Part shown: piece after piece, positions 39,844 to 47,826 of the stretch
How positions within the stretch are numbered: the first letter of the stretch is position 1
How the letters are laid out: each line of letters begins with the position of its first letter
DNA from: Blastocatellia bacterium
Lineage (GTDB): Bacteria; Acidobacteriota; Blastocatellia; UBA7656
Reading direction: 5' to 3'
Assembly (NCBI GenBank): GCA_963765495.1
Contig: CAVXWP010000009.1
Coordinates: 544,001 to 608,000, forward strand
DNA: 64,000 bases
Program-made: the position numbers and the translations under genes
Notes under the pieces: generated by a model
What the model saw: only the letters and a program-made list of their open reading frames with translations
What the model was told of the DNA's origin: nothing
The model's database searches: none

Positions 39844-40857
39844 TTGATGAAACGAACCATCTTCCTCTGTTCGTTTGCGCTCATTTGCCTGCTGGCCGGG
39901 CGTGCGGACCCAGGCCAGTCAAATGCCAAATCTGATGGCAAGGTGGCGGCCTGCCCCTTCAGTATCGTCGGCCTTTGGAGAGCAGAGGGGACAACCGAAA
40001 TGACCCGCCTCCTTTTCGACTTTTCGCCCGAAGGCTATGTTACGATGCTCGGTTATTCTCCGAACGCATTGCCCCAGGATTTCGAGATGGTGGGGGCAGT
40101 CGATTACAAGCTGGACAGGACAGGTGCGCCCAAACGCATCGACTTCATAAATACGCGCGGAAATGATGCCTTCCAGCCGGGGATCACTATACTCGAAATC
40201 ATCGAGTATAGTGACACAAACTTCACCACAAAGGACCCCGCATCCGGGCAACAAACGCGATGGGTCAGGGAGCAGATGCACAGGTATTTCCTCACCTTCG
40301 CCGCCCGCAACGCGCCCGACGGCGGGGCTGCGCTGGCAATGTGGACCGTGCTGGACGGACGCAATACGAAAAACGACGCGCTCGGCCTTCAACATCTCAA
40401 GGATGATGAGGGCAAAACCGCGCCCGTGTTCGGACCTGTTCCGGTCGATGTCTACGACCAGATCAATAAAGAGAATGAAAAGGAGAAGAAAACCAACAAG
40501 AATGAGACCGCGATCATGCGCTTTGAGTTGACTCAGGCAGAGTTTGAGGCGACCTACAAGACCTATCAACTATGGGAGAAGCAGGTGAAGGATCACAAGC
40601 TCCCGAACCGGAACGCTTATTTCAACGCGCTGGAGTTTTTGACGAGAGTGGCTGATGGTCTCAATCAGTGCGGTGAAAAGGCAAGTCTCTACAGGCCGAC
40701 CCGGAGCGAGCAGGACGAAATCGCCTCCAGATATGCTCTTCCCCGACGTATGCTGGAGTATATAAGGATGTTGAGGAAGAAGAACGAAGATCTGCACATC
40801 AGTGACGCGGATTTTCCCTGGCAATGGCGACCGATGATACAGATGCCGGAGCAATGA
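39844..40857 (+). CDS. Exported hypothetical protein (paralog B)
   Basis: AAGGAGG RBS, signal peptide, colinear with 38836-39798. Confidence 0.8.
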   Translation: MMKRTIFLCSFALICLLAGRADPGQSNAKSDGKVAACPFSIVGLWRAEGTTEMTRLLFDFSPEGYVTMLGYSPNALPQDFEMVGAVDYKLDRTGAPKRIDFINTRGNDAFQPGITILEIIEYSDTNFTTKDPASGQQTRWVREQMHRYFLTFAARNAPDGGAALAMWTVLDGRNTKNDALGLQHLKDDEGKTAPVFGPVPVDVYDQINKENEKEKKTNKNETAIMRFELTQAEFEATYKTYQLWEKQVKDHKLPNRNAYFNALEFLTRVADGLNQCGEKASLYRPTRSEQDEIASRYALPRRMLEYIRMLRKKNEDLHISDADFPWQWRPMIQMPEQ

Positions 40858-41029
40858 TTGCGGGAGGATTGTTTTGAACATCGCATCACAGCCCCCTGCA
40901 TTTAGTCAGCAGACGATCACCTGTGAATCAGAAGTTCGTCTGGAGTGATTGGCATACTCGCATAGTTTCGTCAGTACTGAATCCTCAGTACTGTAGGGAT
41001 ATAACTTCTAACTTCGAAGGAGAATCAGT

Positions 41030-41212
41030 ATGACTACAACTGCAACCAGTATTTTCGCTCAACAGGGCAGGACTGGCCAGGAATGTCAAACGAGCGGTCC
41101 GTACAGGTCTGACAGAAATCCCACTATCATTGTGTACTTCAAGAAAGGGGATAAGTTTACAGTTGACCCCGTTGACGGACGCGACACGACCTGGTCGATG
41201 GTACGTGACTGA
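41030..41212 (+). CDS. Small YjzC-like protein (60 aa)
   Basis: AAGGAG RBS; TGQ.C..SG.Y...KKGDKF...TTW pattern; hairpin at about 41226-41255. Confidence 0.6.
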   Translation: MTTTATSIFAQQGRTGQECQTSGPYRSDRNPTIIVYFKKGDKFTVDPVDGRDTTWSMVRD

Positions 41213-41299
41213 AACATATTTCGTGAGGGGATAGAGATGTCGCGCTCTACCCTCGTCATTTTCCTGATGCCCGACTTTCCCTGCCATCTAAGAAGGATC

Positions 41300-41396
41300 G
41301 AAATAGGCCACGGATGACACGGATGCGACGGATCAACACGGATTTGATTCTATTTGATCCGATCCGCGAAAACCCGTCGAATCCGTGGCCTGCTTC
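41300..41396. repeat. Inverted nonamer array, CRCGGAT family
   Basis: gaaataggccacggatgacacggatgcgacggatcaacacggatt ... atccgtggcctgcttc. Confidence 0.85.
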
Positions 41397-41854
41397 TGAT
41401 TACCTTACTCTGGAGTTTCGTTCGCCCACCTGTGTTTCGATGATCATATCGAGCCTTCTTTCCCCCTTAACACAACTTCACAAATTCTTTATAAAATCTT
41501 GACACACGCTTTAGGGTTTTTGACGTTCAACCTGACGAAAGAGCTATAACATTACGAAACTTGCATTCTCACAAGGCCCGCTCCTCGCAAGTGAGATGGG
41601 CTGAGTCGAGCTGGAGACCTCCTCATCTCTAGCCTCGGACTATAATCTCATCGCGCCCCTTGCGTGGGATTTTGGAATGTATCTTGAGCACTAAGGGTGG
41701 AACCACTCTGAAACGTCGTTTCGCCTGCTAACTTACTGCCCGACTCGAACAACCGCATATCTTTTAGACCGATGGCAAGAATTGATTTCATTTGCCTCGT
41801 TTGGGACAAGTGTTTTCACATTCATCATCACCGATCACTTAAGAAAGGAACTCT

Positions 41855-43219
41855 ATGGTTATGAGATCAGCCAAAATAGTTGTTTTGATGTTTTTCCTGG
41901 GAGTGATTCTCTTCCCGACTGCGTTCACCAGATCCTTCATGGCTAAACCTTTAACAGTGCCGAGCCACGCCCACGGCAATCAGACCCGCGCAGAACGCTT
42001 CCGCAATAGGGGCGTGATTGAGGACGAAGACACAGACAGCGCAAACAGAAGGAGGAGGGTGTCCGAGGCCTTGACCGGTTTTGATAATCAAACCAATGGA
42101 TTCGATATACAGGGCCCCCCGTTCAATACTATTAATGAAGACAATGTCGTTGCGTTGCGCTCTTTCAACGATAACCGATTCATTTTCGAAGAGGTCGAGG
42201 GTGTAGCCGATGGGCTCGGGCCTACGTATAACGCGCAGAGTTGCGCCGAATGCCACCAAAACGTTGCGACGGGAGGCGCGAGCCAGATCGCCGAGCACCG
42301 AACCGGGCGTCTGGATAACGGAGTCTTTTTTGAATCTCTCGGAGGTTCACTCATTCAGTCGCGGGCCATTCATCCCGATATCGTAGAGCGCGTTGCCTTT
42401 GAAGATGGGGTTCGGACGTTTCGGATCTCAACCAACACACTGGGAAACGGGTTCATAGAGTGCATATCAAACAGTACGCTTCTCGGCCTGCGTGACAGGC
42501 AGCCTGAAAGCATGCGAGGCACAGCGATTATCGTTCCGGTTCTCGAAGCCAACAGTGAAGCGCGCATCGGGCGTTTCGGGTGGAAGAGCCAGCATGCCAG
42601 CCTCGAATCTTTTGCCGCCGATGCTTACCTGAATGAGATGGGTATCACAAGCCCTCTCTTCCCGGAAGAAAACACATCCGGGGGGCGCGATGTCAGCCGC
42701 TATGATACGGTGGCAGACCCGGAAGACGATGGCGAAGATATTATGGCCTTCGCCAATTTCATGCGTTCGACAAAAGCACCGGCACGCGGGCCGATAGATT
42801 CAGCAGTCAGGGCCGGAGAGAGTCTATTCATTCAAGTCGGATGCGCAATCTGTCATATCCCCTCTATCACGACGGCATCGCCGGGGTCGAGAATCAATGG
42901 CGGCACGTTTAACGTTCCTGATGCTTTGGGAAACAAGCTCGTTCACCCCTACAGCGATTTCCTTCTACACGACATTGGAACCGGCGACGGGATACCTTTT
43001 CTGCCCACGCCCGAATATGCCTCTACAGCGAATCAGATTCGCACAGCGCCGTTGTGGGGGCTCAGAACTCGAAACCGATTGATGCACGACGGGTTGACTT
43101 TCACCACGCAGGAGGCGATCCAGCGCCATGCCGGGCAGGCTGCTGCCGTGACAGACAAATATAACGCGCTTTCAGAGACGCAGAAGAGTCGACTTCTGGC
43201 CTTTCTGGATTCGCTCTAA
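41855..43219 (+). CDS. Di-heme oxidoreductase (DHOR) family protein
   Basis: GLGP.YNAQSCAECH, GRFGWK, CAICH, YSDFLLHD, RTAPLWG, MHDG; signal peptide. Confidence 0.9.
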   Translation: MVMRSAKIVVLMFFLGVILFPTAFTRSFMAKPLTVPSHAHGNQTRAERFRNRGVIEDEDTDSANRRRRVSEALTGFDNQTNGFDIQGPPFNTINEDNVVALRSFNDNRFIFEEVEGVADGLGPTYNAQSCAECHQNVATGGASQIAEHRTGRLDNGVFFESLGGSLIQSRAIHPDIVERVAFEDGVRTFRISTNTLGNGFIECISNSTLLGLRDRQPESMRGTAIIVPVLEANSEARIGRFGWKSQHASLESFAADAYLNEMGITSPLFPEENTSGGRDVSRYDTVADPEDDGEDIMAFANFMRSTKAPARGPIDSAVRAGESLFIQVGCAICHIPSITTASPGSRINGGTFNVPDALGNKLVHPYSDFLLHDIGTGDGIPFLPTPEYASTANQIRTAPLWGLRTRNRLMHDGLTFTTQEAIQRHAGQAAAVTDKYNALSETQKSRLLAFLDSL

Positions 43220-43249
43220 CATGACTTGAGGACGAGGGATTTCGTATTA

Positions 43250-43338
43250 AGATGCGTCATGTGAAAAGTGGTGCGTGGCTTCGGGCTGTCTGCCCTTTAA
43301 GAGAGCAACAAGTTATGTAAATCACGCATCACGCATCA
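43250..43338. repeat. Inverted heptamer array, GTGATKC family (degenerate)
   Basis: gatgcgtcatgtg...gtggtgcgtgg facing aatcacgcatcacgcatca. Confidence 0.65.
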
Positions 43339-43355
43339 TTCGCCACTTTGCCGGG

Positions 43356-45449
43356 CTATTGTTTCACTCTGAAGGCGTCAGAATATGACAGCCCTCTCAC
43401 TACGCGAATGGTGTTGTCGCCTGCGACTATTCCAAGCTCTTCTTTTTTGCCTTTGATCTTGATCTTTGACCCTGAGATGCTCTTGATCCGGTCCGTGCGG
43501 TCTAATCCGTTTATGATCACGCGAGGCTGCTCGCCCAACCCCTCGGCTTTTATAATAAGTTTCTTGCCGTTGTACTTTGCGGAGTTTACTATCGGCGGAT
43601 TCATAACGGTCACTGTGAGCCTCGCCGTTTTCTCGACCCCTCCGCCGGAGGCTCTGATTGTGACGTTGTATGATTGAGGCGGGCTGTTCGGTTCTGCTGA
43701 AACGATGAGGCTCGCTTTCTGAGACGAGGTCAAAGTCGGTTGAACCATCGAGATATCGAGTGGAGTTGTTTCATCGGCTTCCGCCGAGATCGAAACCGGC
43801 GCGTCGAAACCGTTCGCAAACACCGCTGCGATATCGAACTCGGCATCTTCACCAACATTGATGGTCCGCGAAGACGGAGTGACGGACATCTCGAAATCCT
43901 GACCTTGCGGCAACAGAGAGATTACCGCTATCGAATATGGAGGCAGGGTGTAATCGAAAGCGGTTCCGGCCTCGTGAAAAAGCGACTGCGCTATATCGGG
44001 AGAACCGGCGAGGTTCCTCGCCGCCTCATCCTCTGCTTTGCCGTATGAATAAACAACCGCTGACGGTGAAGGCGAATACCCGGCGATATTTATCTGAGCG
44101 GTGATCTCTTCGCCGGGGCTCTTGTTTATCAGCATCAGTTTCAATCTGCCGTCGCCGCTCTTTACGCCGTAAGAAGAGAGCAGCGAAGACTGGCTCTTTG
44201 CCTCAACCACGCTGTCGGAAGGAAGGGCAAAGTGGGATAGCAGCTTGAAGACGTAATAAGACGGGTACGGCTCGTTGTCCACGGATGATATGCCGTAATC
44301 TCCATACTGTCTCCAGCCGTAAAGAGAAGGGCTGTTATTTTTTCCCGTAACGTAGCCGTTTCTCAAATCCCACCACACGAACATATTGAACTCGGTCTGA
44401 AGGATATTGCCTACGCTGTCGGCGAGAAACAGCCCGTTTACAAGACTCGTCGTCTGTTTTCCGGGATCGAAAGAGACGGAATTGTTTTCCGTGCAAATGA
44501 TCTCTATAGGGTCTGCGGCGCTTCCCAGATAATCCTCCAATTGTCTGCGAAGGTCGGCGGCGTCATTCTTCCATGTAGCGGTAGATTGCAACAAACGCGC
44601 ATCGCTCTCGTTTCCGGGGTTCTGTTCGTATCTGTGATAGATCACGAAATCGGGTATGGTGTTCAGAGATTTGAGCGTGGCAAGCAGCACGGGAGTCCAC
44701 CCGTTGTGCACAATACCCGTGCGCGGATTCGTGGCCGGATGCGCTGTGTTGTTGATGTAATTGTCTTCGCCTGTTGTTACGACCACTCCTATCTTGATAG
44801 CCGGGTCCGCCAGTCTCATCTTCTGGATGTATTCGCTTGCTTCAAGCCCGTATGTGTAAGGGTCATTGCGGGCCTTGTGACCGTCCGTCTCCCAGGTGCC
44901 GTAGTTTTCGTTTCCTATCTCCCAGTATTTGAATCCATACCCTCTGGTTGTGTTCGAATACTCGACCCACCGGGCGGCCTCGTCCGCCGAGCCGGTGCCG
45001 TAATTAACAGTGATGATGGCCTGAGTTTTTACGGCGTTTGCTATCGCGGCGAAATCATCGAAACTCGTTGCCCACGTCCACGTATTTTTGAGAGTCGTGT
45101 TTGTCTCCCAGTGATACTCATCGGAAAGAGAGCCGCCGGGGAAACGCAGAATTCTCGCGCCCATGGATTTAAGAAACGTGATGGTCGTCTGCGATTCGAA
45201 AGAGCTATCCCAAACGGCCGCGTTGATGCCTGTGAAATCCGCGCCCACGTTGCGAATTACTTTCGCCGCGTCAACGTTGACCGCGACCACAGAACTCGCC
45301 GCCGTTACGTGCATTTTCTGATCAGCGCCGGCCCTTGAATCCGAGGGAAGCGCCAGCCGCGCGGGTTGCGCCCTGCGCCCCTGCGCCGCGATGTTAAAGG
45401 CCGGGCCAAGCAGTAATAATAAGATGAAAATCGCAATCGCTCTGTGCAT
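43356..45449 (-). CDS. Secreted clan GH-A glycoside hydrolase (alpha-L-arabinofuranosidase-like) with C-terminal beta-sandwich domains
   Basis: LRFPGGS, YWEIGNE, ICTENN; signal peptide. Confidence 0.8.
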   Translation of the reverse strand: MHRAIAIFILLLLLGPAFNIAAQGRRAQPARLALPSDSRAGADQKMHVTAASSVVAVNVDAAKVIRNVGADFTGINAAVWDSSFESQTTITFLKSMGARILRFPGGSLSDEYHWETNTTLKNTWTWATSFDDFAAIANAVKTQAIITVNYGTGSADEAARWVEYSNTTRGYGFKYWEIGNENYGTWETDGHKARNDPYTYGLEASEYIQKMRLADPAIKIGVVVTTGEDNYINNTAHPATNPRTGIVHNGWTPVLLATLKSLNTIPDFVIYHRYEQNPGNESDARLLQSTATWKNDAADLRRQLEDYLGSAADPIEIICTENNSVSFDPGKQTTSLVNGLFLADSVGNILQTEFNMFVWWDLRNGYVTGKNNSPSLYGWRQYGDYGISSVDNEPYPSYYVFKLLSHFALPSDSVVEAKSQSSLLSSYGVKSGDGRLKLMLINKSPGEEITAQINIAGYSPSPSAVVYSYGKAEDEAARNLAGSPDIAQSLFHEAGTAFDYTLPPYSIAVISLLPQGQDFEMSVTPSSRTINVGEDAEFDIAAVFANGFDAPVSISAEADETTPLDISMVQPTLTSSQKASLIVSAEPNSPPQSYNVTIRASGGGVEKTARLTVTVMNPPIVNSAKYNGKKLIIKAEGLGEQPRVIINGLDRTDRIKSISGSKIKIKGKKEELGIVAGDNTIRVVRGLSYSDAFRVKQ

Positions 45450-45478
45450 TAGTGCCTATTTTACATGGGAACCGTTTT

Positions 45479-45548
45479 TTTTGACAGGATTAACAGGATT
45501 TCCAGGGATTCAATCGTGTTCTCTGTTAATCTTGTAAATCCTGTTAAT
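45479..45548. repeat. Inverted nonamer array, CAGGATT family
   Basis: ttgacaggattaacaggatttccagggatt ... aatcttgtaaatcctgttaa. Confidence 0.82.
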
Positions 45549-45568
45549 GCTGCCCGGGTCTCTATTTT

Positions 45569-46444
45569 ATGACAAGCAGAACGACTCTAAACGCAGGCGT
45601 TCACACATCGATTGCCGGTGGCATGGCAAACGCCGTAGCGATGGCCGAGGCTAAGGGCTGCGACGGGTTTCAGATTTTCGCCCGCAACCCGAGAGGCTGG
45701 TTTGAGCGTCCTCTGACACGCAAAGAGATAAAGGGATTCCGAGCGGCACGCGAACGCGCAGGGCTCTGGCCTATGGCTATTCATTCGGTCTATCTGATAA
45801 ACCTCGCCGCGCAAGACCCTGTGGTGCAGGCCCGGTCTCGCGAGGCGTTCCGGCAAGAGATAAAACGCGGCATCGCGCTTGGCGCGGATTTTCTGGTAGT
45901 CCATCCCGGCAATCCAAAGACCGTATCTGCCGACATCGGAATAATGACAGCGACTGAATCCATTCGCGTCGCGGCACGCGGGCTGAAACTTGAAGGCGCG
46001 GGGCTGACAATTCTGATTGAAAACACCGCCGGGCAAGGTTCTTCCATCGGATGCGACTTCGAACAGGTCGCCGACATCCTGGCGGCGCTCGATGGTCTCC
46101 CTGTAGGCGTATGCCTCGACACGGCTCATACTTTCGCTTCGGGCTATGACCTTTCAACCGAGCGAGGCTTTCTCGCAACTACAAAAGCCATAGACCGCTC
46201 GTTCGGGTTCGAACGCATAAAGCTGATCCACTGCAACGACTCGAAAGCGCCGCTCGGCTCTCGCGTAGACCGCCACCAGCACATAGGGCTCGGTCATATC
46301 GGAGACGCGGGCTTTCGCCGTCTGACCCGCAACTTGAAGTTTCGCCGCATACCATTTATTTTAGAAACTCCGGTTGATGCGGAACGCGGCGACGAAGAGA
46401 ACCTCGCGCGAATACGCGAACTGAGTCGCAAGTTGAGAGCTTGA
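45569..46444 (+). CDS. nfo: Endonuclease IV
   Basis: GVHTSIAGG, QIFARNPR, HSVYLINL, ENTAGQG, CLDTAH, HCNDSK, DRHQHIG, ILETP. Confidence 0.95.
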   Translation: MTSRTTLNAGVHTSIAGGMANAVAMAEAKGCDGFQIFARNPRGWFERPLTRKEIKGFRAARERAGLWPMAIHSVYLINLAAQDPVVQARSREAFRQEIKRGIALGADFLVVHPGNPKTVSADIGIMTATESIRVAARGLKLEGAGLTILIENTAGQGSSIGCDFEQVADILAALDGLPVGVCLDTAHTFASGYDLSTERGFLATTKAIDRSFGFERIKLIHCNDSKAPLGSRVDRHQHIGLGHIGDAGFRRLTRNLKFRRIPFILETPVDAERGDEENLARIRELSRKLRA

Positions 46445-46816
46445 ATGACAAACAGCGGCAGGAGTGTACATCCAAATGCGTTACCTAATTATCAGGATGC
46501 GGTAATTCCACGCGAAAAGCTGGAAGGATATGCACTTAACCCGGATCATGATGATAGAAGGCATAAAGCACTCGTTTTTAAGAGTGTTCTTGATTTCGAT
46601 CAATCAAATTGGGAGTTTCTGGCGCAGCAGATTCAAAAGGGATTACCATATTATGAGGCGTTTCTCAAAAAAGACTTTGAATATGGAAAGATATTTGAAG
46701 TTGTTATACCTATAACAGGACCAAACGGGCGAACCGTAGAGGTATTGACTATTTGGATCGTAAGGGTTGGAACGAACTTTCCGTTTTTGGTTACAGCATA
46801 TATTACCAAGGCGTGA
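46445..46816 (+). CDS. DUF6883-like protein (putative toxin domain)
   Basis: AVIPREKLEGYALNPDH...HKALVF...NW...ITGPNGRT..V.T.W...LVTAY. Confidence 0.75.
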   Translation: MTNSGRSVHPNALPNYQDAVIPREKLEGYALNPDHDDRRHKALVFKSVLDFDQSNWEFLAQQIQKGLPYYEAFLKKDFEYGKIFEVVIPITGPNGRTVEVLTIWIVRVGTNFPFLVTAYITKA

Positions 46817-46828
46817 AAGAGGTGAGCT

Positions 46829-47824
46829 ATGATTGAAACAAGAAAGGCTCAGGAACTTGATGTCGTCGAATTAGCGGAGGACTTGCCGGAATACGGACTC
46901 AAAAAAGGCGAGCGAGGCACGGTAGTCGTAGCATTTGATGAGCCGGATGAAGCATATATGATTGAGTTCGTTGATGAATCAGGCACTTCATCAAGGTTTG
47001 CCGATATTGTAAAACCTTGTCAAATAAAAAGCGCAAATGAAACAGCAATCGAAGCATTGGAACGAGGAATAAAACTTCATAATGAGAGTAAGGGAGTAGA
47101 AGCTGAAAAGGAATTTCGCCGGGCCGTTGAGTTAAAGCCGGATTTGATAGAAGAGTTGCATGACCGCATTGTGAGAAGCTTTGAATTACAGAGGGATTTT
47201 GAAGAGACAGAAACTTTTGAAAAGTTCATTTTTGCAATGCGCTTGATTCTACGGCTTAAGCCTGATTTCAAGCTTGCGCGAAAGAATCTCGCAATCGCAT
47301 TTGAACATCAGGGCTTCTTGGAGGCAAAAAAAGGAAATCTCTATATGGCCATTACAAAATTTAGAATCGCTTTAGCCCTGGCTGAGTCGCCGGAAACTCA
47401 GTCACCGGACGTGATTACCCATATTAGAAGCAATCTTGCAGCAGCCTGGGGGCAATTGGGGGTTCAAGCCTATCAAAAGGGCGAAATAGAAGGATTGCCA
47501 AATTATATGGGGATGGCCTACGAGGCCGATCCCAACGAGCAAACAAAAAGTATTTTTGCAATGGCTTATGCAAGCCTTGCATCATGGTTGCTGGATCAAA
47601 ACAACTATGAAGCATCCAGAGAAAGTTTGCATCTGGCTTATGATATTTCAGGAGAAGTGCCTGAAAACTATGAATCTCTATCGTGTGATCAAAGTTTACT
47701 GGGGAGAGCAATTTTGAACTTCCTAAATAAGGGAACGCAAGAATTTTCCATTGATATGCAAACTAAGCAAGTTAAAGTCCGTATGCCCCAGGTGGAACGG
47801 CAAGCATACAAGACGGCTGCATAG
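46829..47824 (+). CDS. DUF4926 domain plus TPR-like repeats
   Basis: ELDVVELAEDLPEYGLKKGERGTVV...AYMIEFVDESG, then TPR-like helices. Confidence 0.78.
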   Translation: MIETRKAQELDVVELAEDLPEYGLKKGERGTVVVAFDEPDEAYMIEFVDESGTSSRFADIVKPCQIKSANETAIEALERGIKLHNESKGVEAEKEFRRAVELKPDLIEELHDRIVRSFELQRDFEETETFEKFIFAMRLILRLKPDFKLARKNLAIAFEHQGFLEAKKGNLYMAITKFRIALALAESPETQSPDVITHIRSNLAAAWGQLGVQAYQKGEIEGLPNYMGMAYEADPNEQTKSIFAMAYASLASWLLDQNNYEASRESLHLAYDISGEVPENYESLSCDQSLLGRAILNFLNKGTQEFSIDMQTKQVKVRMPQVERQAYKTAA

Positions 47825-47826
47825 AT

